Notes: generated from the letters alone by a model not told the origin. A DNA stretch of 64,000 nucleotides from Parcubacteria bacterium C7867-001 (GCA_001189095.1 LFCK01000004.1:5674-69673), one strand, 5' to 3'; shown: positions 9,674-19,433, counted from the stretch's first letter. Made by a program: numbers and translations.

Positions 9674-10231
9674 TTATGTATGCTTCGAGGCGTCGTTAAG
9701 AAGATCGGCAAACTGCTTCTGCACCTTCTGGAGTTTCGGCGCGATGATCACTTGGCAGTATCCCTGATTCGCGTTGTTTGCGAAGTAGTCCTTATGGTAG
9801 TCCTCTGCGGTGTAGTAGTTGGTGAGCGGTTCGACAGTGGTTACGATAGGGTCGCCGCCTGCTGCTGAAACTTGGAGCTCGGCGATGAATTCGTCGGCGT
9901 CGTGTTTCTGCTCATCGGTCGTATAGAAAATTACCGAGCGATATTGAGTCCCGACGTCATTGCCTTGTTGATTGAGTTGCGTCGCGTCATGGCTCCCAAA
10001 GAAAACGGTCATAAGATCGCGGAAACGGATCTGAGAAGGATCGTATTCAACACGTGCGACTTCGACGTAGTCCGTGTTTCCATTCGCGACCTCAAGATAG
10101 GTCGGGTTCGGCTTTTCTCCACCCGCATAGCCCGGCTCAACCGCCCTCACGCCGCGCAGCATCTTGAACACTGCTTCCGTGCACCAGAAGCAACCCCCGC
10201 CAAATACTGCGATCTCAGTCTTATTTTCCAT
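9674..10231 (-). CDS. msrA: Peptide methionine sulfoxide reductase A
   Basis: GGGCFWCTE active-site motif near the N-terminus. Confidence 0.9.
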   Translation of the reverse strand: MENKTEIAVFGGGCFWCTEAVFKMLRGVRAVEPGYAGGEKPNPTYLEVANGNTDYVEVARVEYDPSQIRFRDLMTVFFGSHDATQLNQQGNDVGTQYRSVIFYTTDEQKHDADEFIAELQVSAAGGDPIVTTVEPLTNYYTAEDYHKDYFANNANQGYCQVIIAPKLQKVQKQFADLLNDASKHT

Positions 10232-10640
10232 CCTCTTCAAATCCTAAGCATACGGAATTGATGCAGTAATGCTTCTGGTCCTTTCCTTCTATGTGTTCGT
10301 CAAAGACGTGGCCTAAGTGGCTGCCGCAGTGCTTACAGTAGACTTCCGTGCGGTGCATGCCGAGTGAATCGTCGGGGCGCAAGCCAATGTTTTCAGCGAC
10401 CGCTGGGTCGGAGAAGGAGGGCCAACCCCGCAACCCCGCACCGCTTTTTTCGGAGTCGAGTTTATCCTTCGAGTTGAAAAGGGGATTGCCACATACTTTG
10501 CAGGTATACATGCCGGAAGCGGTGTGGTTGAGGAATTCACCGGAATATGGTGCTTCTGTCCCGCCCTCCCGTAGGACTTTATACTCCTCAGGAGTCAACT
10601 CCTGTTTGAGTTGCTCATCGCTTTTTTTCATCGGTTCCAT
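10221..10640 (-). CDS. msrB: Peptide methionine sulfoxide reductase B
   Basis: SelR fold: two CxxC zinc pairs, HLGHVF and RYCINS catalytic Cys; overlaps the msrA start by 11 nt. Confidence 0.85.
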   Translation of the reverse strand: MEPMKKSDEQLKQELTPEEYKVLREGGTEAPYSGEFLNHTASGMYTCKVCGNPLFNSKDKLDSEKSGAGLRGWPSFSDPAVAENIGLRPDDSLGMHRTEVYCKHCGSHLGHVFDEHIEGKDQKHYCINSVCLGFEEDGK

Positions 10641-10699
10641 ATAGAGGAAGTATACCCCGTCGTTGATTTCATTGGTTGGGAAGGGTAGTATGGGTTTCC

Positions 10700-11149
10700 A
10701 TGAAGAAAGGGGTTCTCATTGGGCTTTTCATTTTCCTTTGTTTGTTCGGGGTTGCCGACTCGTGGTACATCTACGCAAACGAAGAGAACCAGACCGCGCT
10801 CACCTGCGATATTACGGGGCTTGATGGCTGCAATGCTGTTGCACAGAGTCAGTATTCGCAGGTCTTGGGTATCCCACTCGCACTCTACGGTGTTCTATTC
10901 TATGGCCTCCTCTTTACGCTGGTCGCTTCTACCGCGTTTACGCACAAGCGCCTCGCGTATCGTTCGCTCTACTGGCTTACCGCGGGCGGGGCCGTAGCGT
11001 CCTTCGTGTTCATTCTCATACAGCTGCTCATCATCAAAGCCATCTGCATTTACTGCTTTGCCTCGGCGGGGGCCTCCTTCCTCCTTCTCGGCATCGCGTT
11101 TGTTCTCTATCGCCGGTACGCTCCTCCACCGCTTGCTGTGGTAGGATAG
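10700..11149 (+). CDS. Vitamin K epoxide reductase (VKOR)-family thiol oxidoreductase
   Basis: 4 TM helices, a loop Cys pair (CDITGLDGC) and a CIYC active-site motif in the last helix. Confidence 0.65.
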   Translation: MKKGVLIGLFIFLCLFGVADSWYIYANEENQTALTCDITGLDGCNAVAQSQYSQVLGIPLALYGVLFYGLLFTLVASTAFTHKRLAYRSLYWLTAGGAVASFVFILIQLLIIKAICIYCFASAGASFLLLGIAFVLYRRYAPPPLAVVG

Positions 11150-11155
11150 TTTCGT

Positions 11156-12304
11156 ATGAAGCTGCGGATTTTCCTCATCGCGGCCCTCGTCTTCCTCCTT
11201 CCGGATGTTTCTTTTGCTGCTACCTTCCTCGGTAAGCAGACCGTACTTTTTGCCGACGCCTCTTCCACGAACGTGTATCTCACGGGTGGCGACGTCCGAA
11301 TTGCGACCGCGACGCCTGCTGATCTTTCGATTGCGGGTGGTACGTTGTCCATCTCGGCACCCGTTGGGGGCGACGCGCTTCTTTTCGGAGGTTCGATAGA
11401 TGTTCAGCGTCCAGTGAAAGGGGACGTACGCGCCGTGGGCGGCAGTGTGGTTATCGAAGATACGGTTGGCGGGGATGTTGTTGCGCTTGGTGGGGCCATA
11501 ACCGTTTCCGGACATCCAAAAGACGCATTTCTCGCTGGTGGAACGGTAGCGCTTACTAATGGCGCGTCGGGTCCCGTGACTATTTATGGCGCTGGCGTCC
11601 TTCTCGCAGGAACATTCGAGGATGACGTGCGTGTCACGGCAAGCGATCATATTACGCTTGCCGAAGGAACAATTATTAAAGGTTCGCTCGTGTATGACGC
11701 GCCGCAGCAGGCTGAAATTCCTGCGTCCGCGACTATCGGCAGCGTTGAATACACCGGTTCATCATCCTTTCTTCCAACGAACGCAGAAGCGAAGACTTTT
11801 GCGGTCGCCGGCGCGGGCGTCTTCCTTGTCGTAAGTGTTCTTTCGGCGATGCTTCTCTCGGGACTTGTTGCTGGACTCTTCCCAGACTTCACACAAACAG
11901 TTGCTCAGTTCGCGTTGCGCGGCTCGCTGCGCCGGTTCGTGCTTACGGCGCTCCTCGGATTTGCTGCTTTTGTCGCAACTCCCGTCTTTATTCTTCTGCT
12001 CCTCGCCTCGTTTGTTGGCATGGGTGTGGCGATGCTTGCCGGCGTGTTGTACCTCCTCCTCCTCACCCTTTCGTATGTATATGCAGCCGTTCTTGCGGGT
12101 AGCGCGCTTGCGCGTTCAGTATGGAAACGGGAGACCGTGTTCTGGCGTGACGTCGTGCTCGGCATGCTCGTCCTGCAGCTCATCGGGCGGGTCCCCGGCA
12201 TAGGACCGCTTATCGCGCTCGTACTTTCTGCAGCTGCTGCGGGCACACTCCTTACGCTCGCGTTCCGCTTCGCCTTCAAGCGTGAAGGTCCAGAGGAGTT
12301 ATAA
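11156..12304 (+). CDS. Signal-peptide protein with beta-helical GGDV-type repeats (bactofilin/DUF4097-like) and a C-terminal multi-TM anchor
   Basis: Repeats VGGDALLFGGSIDV / VGGSVVIEDTVGGDVVALGGAITV, then about 4 C-terminal TM helices. Confidence 0.45.
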   Translation: MKLRIFLIAALVFLLPDVSFAATFLGKQTVLFADASSTNVYLTGGDVRIATATPADLSIAGGTLSISAPVGGDALLFGGSIDVQRPVKGDVRAVGGSVVIEDTVGGDVVALGGAITVSGHPKDAFLAGGTVALTNGASGPVTIYGAGVLLAGTFEDDVRVTASDHITLAEGTIIKGSLVYDAPQQAEIPASATIGSVEYTGSSSFLPTNAEAKTFAVAGAGVFLVVSVLSAMLLSGLVAGLFPDFTQTVAQFALRGSLRRFVLTALLGFAAFVATPVFILLLLASFVGMGVAMLAGVLYLLLLTLSYVYAAVLAGSALARSVWKRETVFWRDVVLGMLVLQLIGRVPGIGPLIALVLSAAAAGTLLTLAFRFAFKREGPEEL

Positions 12305-12367
12305 ACCTCGTGTTCGTTGACGCGTGTGCTTCTGTCCCTAAGAGTAAGGGCAGAAGGGAGACGTGAC

Positions 12368-12739
12368 ATGAAGAAAAAGAATGCGCTCGCCATTCCTAAA
12401 TCAGTGAAGCTTCTCGATTTGTCGTACTACCTCGCGCGGGTGTATCGCGAACATGAGTCATGCGAAGATCCGATATTCATCGGTGAGCTCGGCATGCTTC
12501 TGTTCAGCAAGTTTCTCGGTCAGCACCCACCGTTCGACGGAACCTACCGCTCGCAAGCGTATGCGTTTCTCGAATATGTTGATGCCGGCATTCATGAGTG
12601 GCTTGAGAAGCACGACTTGTATCCGATGTATCACGCGCTCGGCGACGCTCGCATCTACGCTGATATGCTGCGTAGCCTCGCGTATCAAATGCAGCTCGCC
12701 GCGCTTCCTGAGCAAAGGAAAACTGCGTTCGTTGCATAA
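12368..12739 (+). CDS. Hypothetical protein
   Basis: ORF with GGAGA RBS; followed by the hairpin terminator at 12742-12768. Confidence 0.4.
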   Translation: MKKKNALAIPKSVKLLDLSYYLARVYREHESCEDPIFIGELGMLLFSKFLGQHPPFDGTYRSQAYAFLEYVDAGIHEWLEKHDLYPMYHALGDARIYADMLRSLAYQMQLAALPEQRKTAFVA

Positions 12740-12786
12740 AAGACCGCCTCGCCTCTGGCGAGGCGGTTATATGCTATCGTTCCCGC

Positions 12787-13458
12787 ATGAAATCGATGTC
12801 GACACCTGCAGAACGAAAGACTCGAGCAAAGAAGATGCTCGCGTACCTTAAGAAGGCGTATCCTGTTCCTAAAACCGAACTCAACTACACAACACCGATG
12901 CAAATGCTCGCATCCGTCATGCTCTCAGCGCAAACGACCGATAAGCAGGTGAACAAAGTAACGGCAACCCTTTGGAAGAAATATAAAACAGTGAAGGATT
13001 TTGCGAGCGCGAAGTACGCGACCCTCGATAAGGAAATAAGCTCAGTCTCGTTCCATCGCAATAAGGCAAAAGCCATCATCGCAAGCGCGCAAAAGATCAT
13101 CGATGATTTCGGTGGCAAGGTTCCGAAGACCGAGCCCGAGCTCGTGACGCTTCCCGGTGTCGCCTACAAAACTGCACATGTCGTTCTTGGGGAGCTCTAC
13201 AACATCTGGGAAGGTATTCCGACCGACACGCACGTAAAGCGCTTTGCGCTCAGGTTCGATCTGACAAAGCATACGGATCTTAAAAAAATCTCGAAGGATC
13301 TCGAAGCCCTCATACCAAAAAAGGATTGGCGGTACGTCAATAATGGTCTGGTTCTCTACGGTCGTTATGTGTGTCCGGCTCGGCCTCACGACTGCGCTAT
13401 GCACCCGCTCACCAAGATCTGGCCAGAGGCCCAAAAGCGCTGGCCTCGCGCATCCTAA
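12787..13458 (+). CDS. nth: Endonuclease III-like HhH-GPD DNA glycosylase
   Basis: HhH motif LPGVAYKTAHVVL and a C-terminal Cys cluster (CPARPHDC...). Confidence 0.7.
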   Translation: MKSMSTPAERKTRAKKMLAYLKKAYPVPKTELNYTTPMQMLASVMLSAQTTDKQVNKVTATLWKKYKTVKDFASAKYATLDKEISSVSFHRNKAKAIIASAQKIIDDFGGKVPKTEPELVTLPGVAYKTAHVVLGELYNIWEGIPTDTHVKRFALRFDLTKHTDLKKISKDLEALIPKKDWRYVNNGLVLYGRYVCPARPHDCAMHPLTKIWPEAQKRWPRAS

Positions 13459-13462
13459 TTCG

Positions 13463-13490
13463 TTGACCCAAGGTGCTCGAGGTATACAAT
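13463..13490 (+). promoter_or_regulatory. Near-consensus sigma70 promoter (TTGACC - 16 nt - TACAAT)
   Basis: TTGACC at 13463-13468 and TACAAT at 13485-13490. Confidence 0.5.
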
Positions 13491-13496
13491 GTCCCT

Positions 13497-13710
13497 CAGA
13501 CTCTGGCTACGTGGTATCCCGGCATTCCGGAGTGAGAAGGTCGGAGCGTGAAGGGAATCGGGAGCTCTTGCGAGCTCACGGCAGACCGCAGGCGGTTCAG
13601 CCACCATTGCCCCCGCCGACCAATGCTAGCAATATGTTGGGCAGTATCACTCGCGCCAGAGTAGCGCCCCTCGTTTGGTTTCCGGCCGGAACCTGCGAGG
13701 GGCGTTTTGC
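13497..13710 (+). ncRNA. Candidate ~210-nt small RNA (6S-like or SRP-like) with its own promoter and terminator
   Basis: No ORF longer than 16 aa; 5'/3' long-range pairing (ctctggc...gccagag); internal hairpin gagctc-ttgc-gagctc; terminator cgcccctcg...cgaggggcg + T-run. Confidence 0.35.
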
Positions 13711-13727
13711 TTTGCTAGGATAGACCG

Positions 13728-14537
13728 ATGACGATAGCGGCGTTCAGAAAAAGGGTACTCGATTTTCATGCGGCGCAGGGGAGGCACGCGCTTCCATGGC
13801 GCGAGAGCAACGATCCGTACCGCGTACTAGTCTCCGAGATCATGCTGCAGCAGACGCAGGTGGAACGCGTCATTCCGTTTTATAAGGCGTGGATAAAAAA
13901 GTTTCCAATCGTTCGCTCGCTCGCAAAAGCCCCGCTCGCGGATGTTCTCAAACTCTGGCAAGGACTTGGCTACAATCGTCGCGCTCGGCTTCTTCTCGAA
14001 ACCGCAAAAGCGGTGGTTCGTGAAAACAAGGGAGTTTTTCCAAAGACACCGGAAGAGCTCGAAAAACTTCCCGGCATTGGCCCCTATACCGCCCGAGCTG
14101 TTGCGGCTTTTTCATATAATCAGGACGTGGTGTTCATCGAGACAAATATCCGTACGGCGGTGACACATCACTTTTTCCCGCATAAGAAGAAAGTAGAGGA
14201 TAAAGAACTGATCGCGATTCTTGCGAAAGCGCTTCCGAAAGGAAAAAGCAGAGAATGGTACTCAGCGCTCATGGATTACGGTTCGTATCTGAAGCGAAGC
14301 GGCGTTCGTATTAATGCAAAAGCAAAGGGGTACACGAAGCAGCCGAAGTTTGAAGGCTCTCCGCGCCAAGCGCGTGGCGCTATTCTCAAAGCTCTCGTGA
14401 AGGGTCCGCAAGACGAGGCGTTTCTTATTGAACTTCTTGGTTCATCTCGCCGTGTGCAGATGTGCGCTCAGCTAGCAGTACTCACGAAAGAGGGAATGAT
14501 AGAGCTCTCGCGAGGCAAATTCAGGCTTCCCAAATGA
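13728..14537 (+). CDS. HhH-GPD glycosylase, MutY-like N-terminal catalytic domain, with no FeS Cys cluster and no NUDIX C-terminal domain visible
   Basis: LPWRESNDPYRVLVSEIMLQQTQV...LPGIGPYTARAV motifs. Confidence 0.7.
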   Translation: MTIAAFRKRVLDFHAAQGRHALPWRESNDPYRVLVSEIMLQQTQVERVIPFYKAWIKKFPIVRSLAKAPLADVLKLWQGLGYNRRARLLLETAKAVVRENKGVFPKTPEELEKLPGIGPYTARAVAAFSYNQDVVFIETNIRTAVTHHFFPHKKKVEDKELIAILAKALPKGKSREWYSALMDYGSYLKRSGVRINAKAKGYTKQPKFEGSPRQARGAILKALVKGPQDEAFLIELLGSSRRVQMCAQLAVLTKEGMIELSRGKFRLPK

Positions 14538-14565
14538 AAACGCGGCGCCAGAGGCGCCGCGTTTT
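14537..14565. terminator. Bidirectional intrinsic terminator between convergent genes
   Basis: aaaacgcggcgcc-agag-gcgccgcgtttt. Confidence 0.65.
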
Positions 14566-14580
14566 CATTTGCATGTAGTA

Positions 14581-16488
14581 CTAGACCCCGATCAGCACTG
14601 GAATGACCATCGGTGCTTTATTCGTTCGCGAGAAGAGGTAGCCCGCCATGGTGTCGGTGAGCTGGTTCTTCACATAGTCGAGGTCGACGGGGTTCATACC
14701 GCGAGTAGAATCCTCGACGGTCTTCTTGATGAGAAGGCGACCTTGATTGAGGAGATCCTGAGACTCACGCAGATACACGAAGCCGCGGGAAATAATGTCC
14801 GGTGACTTGCGGAGCTTGCCGGTCTTCAGGTTAATCGTGGCGATGATGACGAACATTCCGTCTTTCGCGAGCATCTGGCGATCGCGAATGACCACTTCCT
14901 GCATATCCCCGATAGCGAAGCCGTCGACAATAAGCGGAGAGTTCGGAACCTTTTCCTTGTGGATGGTAAGCGTCTCGCCGTCGATGATGTCGGCGACCGT
15001 GCCGTTCTCCGCGAGGATGATGTTTTCCTTCGGGAAGCCGGACTGCTCGACCGCCTTTGCGTGGCAGAAGGTCATCGAGTAGTAGCCGTAGGCTGGAAGG
15101 AAGAACTTCGCACCCACTTTCTTGTTTATCCAGACGAGCTCTCCTGTGTGGCCGTGGCCGCCCGAGTGAACATCGCTTGAGCGATAGTGAATGAGGGATA
15201 CTTTGTTGTGATAGAGATTGTCCTTGAGTTTCTGGACGGAGATCTCGTTGCCCGGAATGACGGATGACGAGAGGACGACCGTATCGCGCTCGGTAAGCGT
15301 GATGTTCTTGTGCTGCTTGGTTGCGATGCGCATGAGCGCAGCAAACTCTTCACCCTGCGCGCCAGTAGCGAGCACAACAATCTTGTCAGGTGGGTAATCG
15401 CCAATTTCCTGAGCAGGGATGATGGTGTCCTTAGCGAGCTTCACGAGCCCGAGCTTCTGCGCGATTTCAAGGTTTGTCTTTATCGAGCGTCCCTCGAGCA
15501 CGAGCTTCTTTCCGTATTTCTCGGAAATCTCGATGATGCTCACCATGCGTTCGAACTGGGACGCGAAGGTGCCGATGATGAGGCGGCCCGAAACGGTCTT
15601 GATGATGCCTTCGAGCGTCTCATTCACTTTCTTGTCGGGAATGGAGAATCCGTCCACTTCCGCACGCGTTGAATCGCCGATGAAGAGCAGGTTCTTCTGT
15701 TCGCCTATTTTCGACCAGCGCTTTTCTTCTTCGGGCACCGGAATGCCATCCACGTGCTCGAGCTTAAGGTCGCCGGTGATCACGATGTTGCCATAGGGCG
15801 TATCAATGAGAATGCCCATCGAGTCCGGAATCGAGTGCGTAACGGGGAAGAAGGTGCACTTGGTCGAACCAATGGTGTGTGTCTGCCAATCGTCGACGAT
15901 GACGAGATTCGCTGCTGGCATCTCAGGATATTCTTCCTGACGTTTCTGGATCATGGTCGCCGAAAGCTGCTTCGTGTAGATCGGCGGATTGCCGAAACGA
16001 TTCATGAGGAATGGGATACCGCCGATGTGGTCGAGGTGGCCGTGCGTGATGAATACGGCACGGACACGATCCGCGTTCTTCTCGAGGTATTTCGTATTCG
16101 GAAGGATGTAGTCGACGCCCGGAGAAGAATCTTCCGAGGTGAACTGGAAGCCGACGTCGGACACAAAGATGTCGTTGCCGACTTCAAACGCAAGCATGTT
16201 GCGGCCGACTTCTTCGACGCCGCCTAAAGGCACGACGCGAACGACGTTTGATTCGACTGGTGCAGGAATATAGTCTGCACCGCGTTTTACTGCGGGCGAG
16301 GGACCCATGTCGCGACGCATCGGGCCGCGCATCGAACGATCGCGTCCTCCGCGACCGCGACCTCCGCGCGCAGGTGGGCGTCCGCCGGCGCGATTGCCGC
16401 GGAAGCCACCTCCTCGGCGAGGGCCGTCTTTTTGTGGAGCGCCGTGCCCTCGGTTGTCAGGGGCGGGCGCTGGTGCTGGTGCTGTCAT
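14581..16488 (-). CDS. rnj: Ribonuclease J (metallo-beta-lactamase / beta-CASP) with an Arg/Gly-rich N-terminal extension
   Basis: HGHLDHIGG motif; about 60-aa N-terminal RGG/RGR-rich tail. Confidence 0.85.
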   Translation of the reverse strand: MTAPAPAPAPDNRGHGAPQKDGPRRGGGFRGNRAGGRPPARGGRGRGGRDRSMRGPMRRDMGPSPAVKRGADYIPAPVESNVVRVVPLGGVEEVGRNMLAFEVGNDIFVSDVGFQFTSEDSSPGVDYILPNTKYLEKNADRVRAVFITHGHLDHIGGIPFLMNRFGNPPIYTKQLSATMIQKRQEEYPEMPAANLVIVDDWQTHTIGSTKCTFFPVTHSIPDSMGILIDTPYGNIVITGDLKLEHVDGIPVPEEEKRWSKIGEQKNLLFIGDSTRAEVDGFSIPDKKVNETLEGIIKTVSGRLIIGTFASQFERMVSIIEISEKYGKKLVLEGRSIKTNLEIAQKLGLVKLAKDTIIPAQEIGDYPPDKIVVLATGAQGEEFAALMRIATKQHKNITLTERDTVVLSSSVIPGNEISVQKLKDNLYHNKVSLIHYRSSDVHSGGHGHTGELVWINKKVGAKFFLPAYGYYSMTFCHAKAVEQSGFPKENIILAENGTVADIIDGETLTIHKEKVPNSPLIVDGFAIGDMQEVVIRDRQMLAKDGMFVIIATINLKTGKLRKSPDIISRGFVYLRESQDLLNQGRLLIKKTVEDSTRGMNPVDLDYVKNQLTDTMAGYLFSRTNKAPMVIPVLIGV

Positions 16489-16582
16489 ACTGATAGCTAG
16501 TTAATGTTCTCGTATAATTTTTTTGTCTGTTGCACCTGATGTGCAATTGATAGGGAACGGTTACTCGAAAGTATACCGCGCA

Positions 16583-18313
16583 CTATCGACTGCTCACCTG
16601 TGAAAAAACGGGCCAGACGCGTTCCGTCTGTCGATACCATCCCCACACACCCGCAAAGCGATCCGATGGTTCCGCAATCTGCGCAAACGCGACGCCTCCA
16701 AGTCCTTTTGGAATCACGTACACGAAGTCTGGTGTGTGTGTGAAGACCGCAGGGTAGTCAGCGGTGATGAGCGCACTCGCTTTCGCGAGGTCATCCTTGC
16801 GGGTCTCTGCATTCCCTTCAGTGCGCATCTTCTCGAGGAGGTCGTCGACGCTCTTGTTCGCGTACATTGCGATGTTGAGCCCCGGATCGTTGCGTTCTGC
16901 GGAATCCCAGAAGGCGAAGAGGTCTGCGTCGCGGCCAACCACCATACCGAAGAGCAGCGCATCATACTTACGCGGGCGAATAACGTTCTGAGTGAGATCA
17001 CCGGGCTCATAGAGCTCGATAGATACTGGCACATTAAGCGCTGCCCACTGCTCTTTGAGCGCCGTCGCGACGGCCTTCAATTCAGGAACGTTGCTGGTGC
17101 GAAGCGTAACAGTGAGCTCCAATTTGCTCTTTGCGTTCTTCCACGTGTTCGATTCAGTATCGAGTTTCCAGCCGTTGTTCGTAAGCGTCTTCGTCGCTGC
17201 GGCAACGCGTTCCTCCTGCGTTATCGGCGTCGTGCTCGATTGCGGGACTACGATGCCGCTTCCTGGCGGAAGCGGTCCTTCCACTGGCGTCGCAAACCCG
17301 CCAAGCGCGTCTTTCACGATGCTTCCACGATCCGTCATAAGCGAAAGTGCTTTACGGACCTCGATGTGCGTGAACAAAGGATTCTGGTTTCCATTCCAGA
17401 AGACGCCGAACACCTGCGCGTACGGAGCGGTCACCGCGCCCGCTTTCGCAATGCCGTAGGCGCTTTCGATACGACCGTTCTTGAGGGCGGCTTCAAGGTC
17501 TCGCTGCTGAGCGAAGAAATAGAAGCGTATCGAATCGAGGTGTGGGCGGCCGAGCGCGAATTCGCGCGAGGCGACCAAATCCATACGATCGATGATGCCG
17601 CTTCCGTTCCTATGTACGTTCGAAACACGGAAGGGACCTGCACCAACTGGATGCGTCATCAAGGTTGAGAAGGCGAACTCTTCATCAGAAACCGTGCGCC
17701 ACAAGTGCGCGGGAAGGATACCGAGTGTCGTATCTTCGATGAAGGGTGCGTATGGTTTCGGAAGTGTGAAGCGAATCGTTCGCGCGTCGACTGCCTCGGC
17801 GCGGATGTTTGCCCAGTTCGCGAATTCAGGTGATTTAAGCGTCGGATCCTGCGCCTTCTCGACGGTGAACACGACATCGTCTGCGGTCACGGGCGTCCCG
17901 TCTGAGAAGCGGACGCCACTCTTCATAATGAAGGTATAAACGGTGCCATCCTCCGAAACTTCGTAGCTCTCGGCAAGAACCGGAACAAGCGCGCCGTTGG
18001 TGCCTTCGCCCATAAGGCCTGCGTAGGTGAGAGACGAGAGGTCGCGGTCGGTGTCGGAAATTGCAAGCAGCGGATTCACGAAACGAGGTGAGCCAACGAT
18101 GCCCTCAGTGAGCTTCCCTCCATCGGTTGGCTTTTCTATAAGAAAAGAACTTTCAAGCGCGTAGAGCGCCCCGAGGCTTGCTGCTATTGCGAACCCTGCG
18201 AGCACACCAGCGATGAGCTTATCGCCCGCCGAAAGCTTCTCGAGGAAACTCTCGAGTTTGTGCGCGAATGGAACGCGAATAGAAGAAAAGAATCGAGACA
18301 GTCGCTCGAACAT
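16583..18313 (-). CDS. ABC transporter substrate-binding protein, family 5 (peptide/nickel type), N-terminal TM anchor
   Basis: SBP_bac_5-like length and motifs; no adjacent permease or ATPase genes. Confidence 0.55.
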   Translation of the reverse strand: MFERLSRFFSSIRVPFAHKLESFLEKLSAGDKLIAGVLAGFAIAASLGALYALESSFLIEKPTDGGKLTEGIVGSPRFVNPLLAISDTDRDLSSLTYAGLMGEGTNGALVPVLAESYEVSEDGTVYTFIMKSGVRFSDGTPVTADDVVFTVEKAQDPTLKSPEFANWANIRAEAVDARTIRFTLPKPYAPFIEDTTLGILPAHLWRTVSDEEFAFSTLMTHPVGAGPFRVSNVHRNGSGIIDRMDLVASREFALGRPHLDSIRFYFFAQQRDLEAALKNGRIESAYGIAKAGAVTAPYAQVFGVFWNGNQNPLFTHIEVRKALSLMTDRGSIVKDALGGFATPVEGPLPPGSGIVVPQSSTTPITQEERVAAATKTLTNNGWKLDTESNTWKNAKSKLELTVTLRTSNVPELKAVATALKEQWAALNVPVSIELYEPGDLTQNVIRPRKYDALLFGMVVGRDADLFAFWDSAERNDPGLNIAMYANKSVDDLLEKMRTEGNAETRKDDLAKASALITADYPAVFTHTPDFVYVIPKGLGGVAFAQIAEPSDRFAGVWGWYRQTERVWPVFSQVSSR

Positions 18314-18320
18314 AGGTGGG

Positions 18321-18551
18321 TTAGATGAGGAACCCGGCGATTGCGCTTACGACGAAAAGGATAGCGACAACAATAGTTGCACGAAACAGGAAGCTTTCAG
18401 CTCCGCGTCGCTTGTAGAACGTCGATGAGAAATTATCGCCGCCGAATGCTCCTCCAAGGGACGCTCCACGATTCTGGAGCACGATCCCGATGATGAGGAG
18501 AAGGGAAAGGATGATTTCTATGTTGGGCAATGCTGCCTTGAGGGTCTCCAT
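18321..18551 (-). CDS. secG: Preprotein translocase subunit SecG
   Basis: About 77 aa, two TM helices with a Gly-rich loop LQNRGASLGGAFGGDNFSS. Confidence 0.55.
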   Translation of the reverse strand: METLKAALPNIEIILSLLLIIGIVLQNRGASLGGAFGGDNFSSTFYKRRGAESFLFRATIVVAILFVVSAIAGFLI

Positions 18552-18696
18552 CTGTACGGGATACCGTAACACAGCTGGAACGAGCCTTCAACTGCTGTCC
18601 CCATTGACATTCTTATTTTAAATTTCATATCTATTCCTTGCTCGGTTTCCGCTGGCGGCGTACGCTTTGGAAAGGATAGTTCCAACGGAGGTTCAA

Positions 18697-19392
18697 ATGT
18701 CATCAGGACATGGAAGAGATGGGCGTCGCGTGACGCTCTGGGGCGACGGTCAATCGGTCACGTATCTCGAAGTTTCCGAAGAGGAAGCGAGGGGCACCGG
18801 TTTCTTCGTTATGGCGGTCGGCTTCATTGCGTTCTTATTCGCGATATGTGCATCGACCGCACTTACTCATGGGCACTGGCCGCTCAAGGTTAGTCCCTTC
18901 GACGAGGCGCTCAACGGGGGATTCATCTTCCTCGGTCTCTTACTCTTCGTCCTCGGGCTGCGCAGTAATGCGCAGCGCGGGTTCATCCCGGCCCTTTGCT
19001 ACATGCTCGTTCTTTCAGCAGCAATCTCGCATGGCGCGGGCATCCTCCCTCACAGCATGAGCGATAGTGAGGCGACCAAAAAAATCCTCATTCTGTTCGG
19101 ATTGGGAACTGTGGCGTTTCCGGCAGGAGTCGTCTGGCTCTACCCGTATCCACATAAAATCGGCCTCGCGGTGGTGTGGATGATGAGCATGACCGCTCAA
19201 CTTCTCATCATCATTTCGTGGGCTGAGACTGATACGGGAACATTTCTCGGCATCAGTGCGGATTGGGTGCGAATCGTCTTTGCAGGTTTCATCGGCCTCG
19301 GAATCTCACTCTACGGCGCAGGCTACCTCTCCCATCTTCACCGGATGCAGCACGATGCGTGGTCGAACTGGTTCATCCGGCACGGTGACTAA
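18697..19392 (+). CDS. Hypothetical polytopic membrane protein
   Basis: 6 hydrophobic helices; a terminator follows. Confidence 0.45.
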   Translation: MSSGHGRDGRRVTLWGDGQSVTYLEVSEEEARGTGFFVMAVGFIAFLFAICASTALTHGHWPLKVSPFDEALNGGFIFLGLLLFVLGLRSNAQRGFIPALCYMLVLSAAISHGAGILPHSMSDSEATKKILILFGLGTVAFPAGVVWLYPYPHKIGLAVVWMMSMTAQLLIIISWAETDTGTFLGISADWVRIVFAGFIGLGISLYGAGYLSHLHRMQHDAWSNWFIRHGD

Positions 19393-19433
19393 CTCGTTAC
19401 GCCGCAGGCAAAGCCTGCGGCGTTTTCCATATA

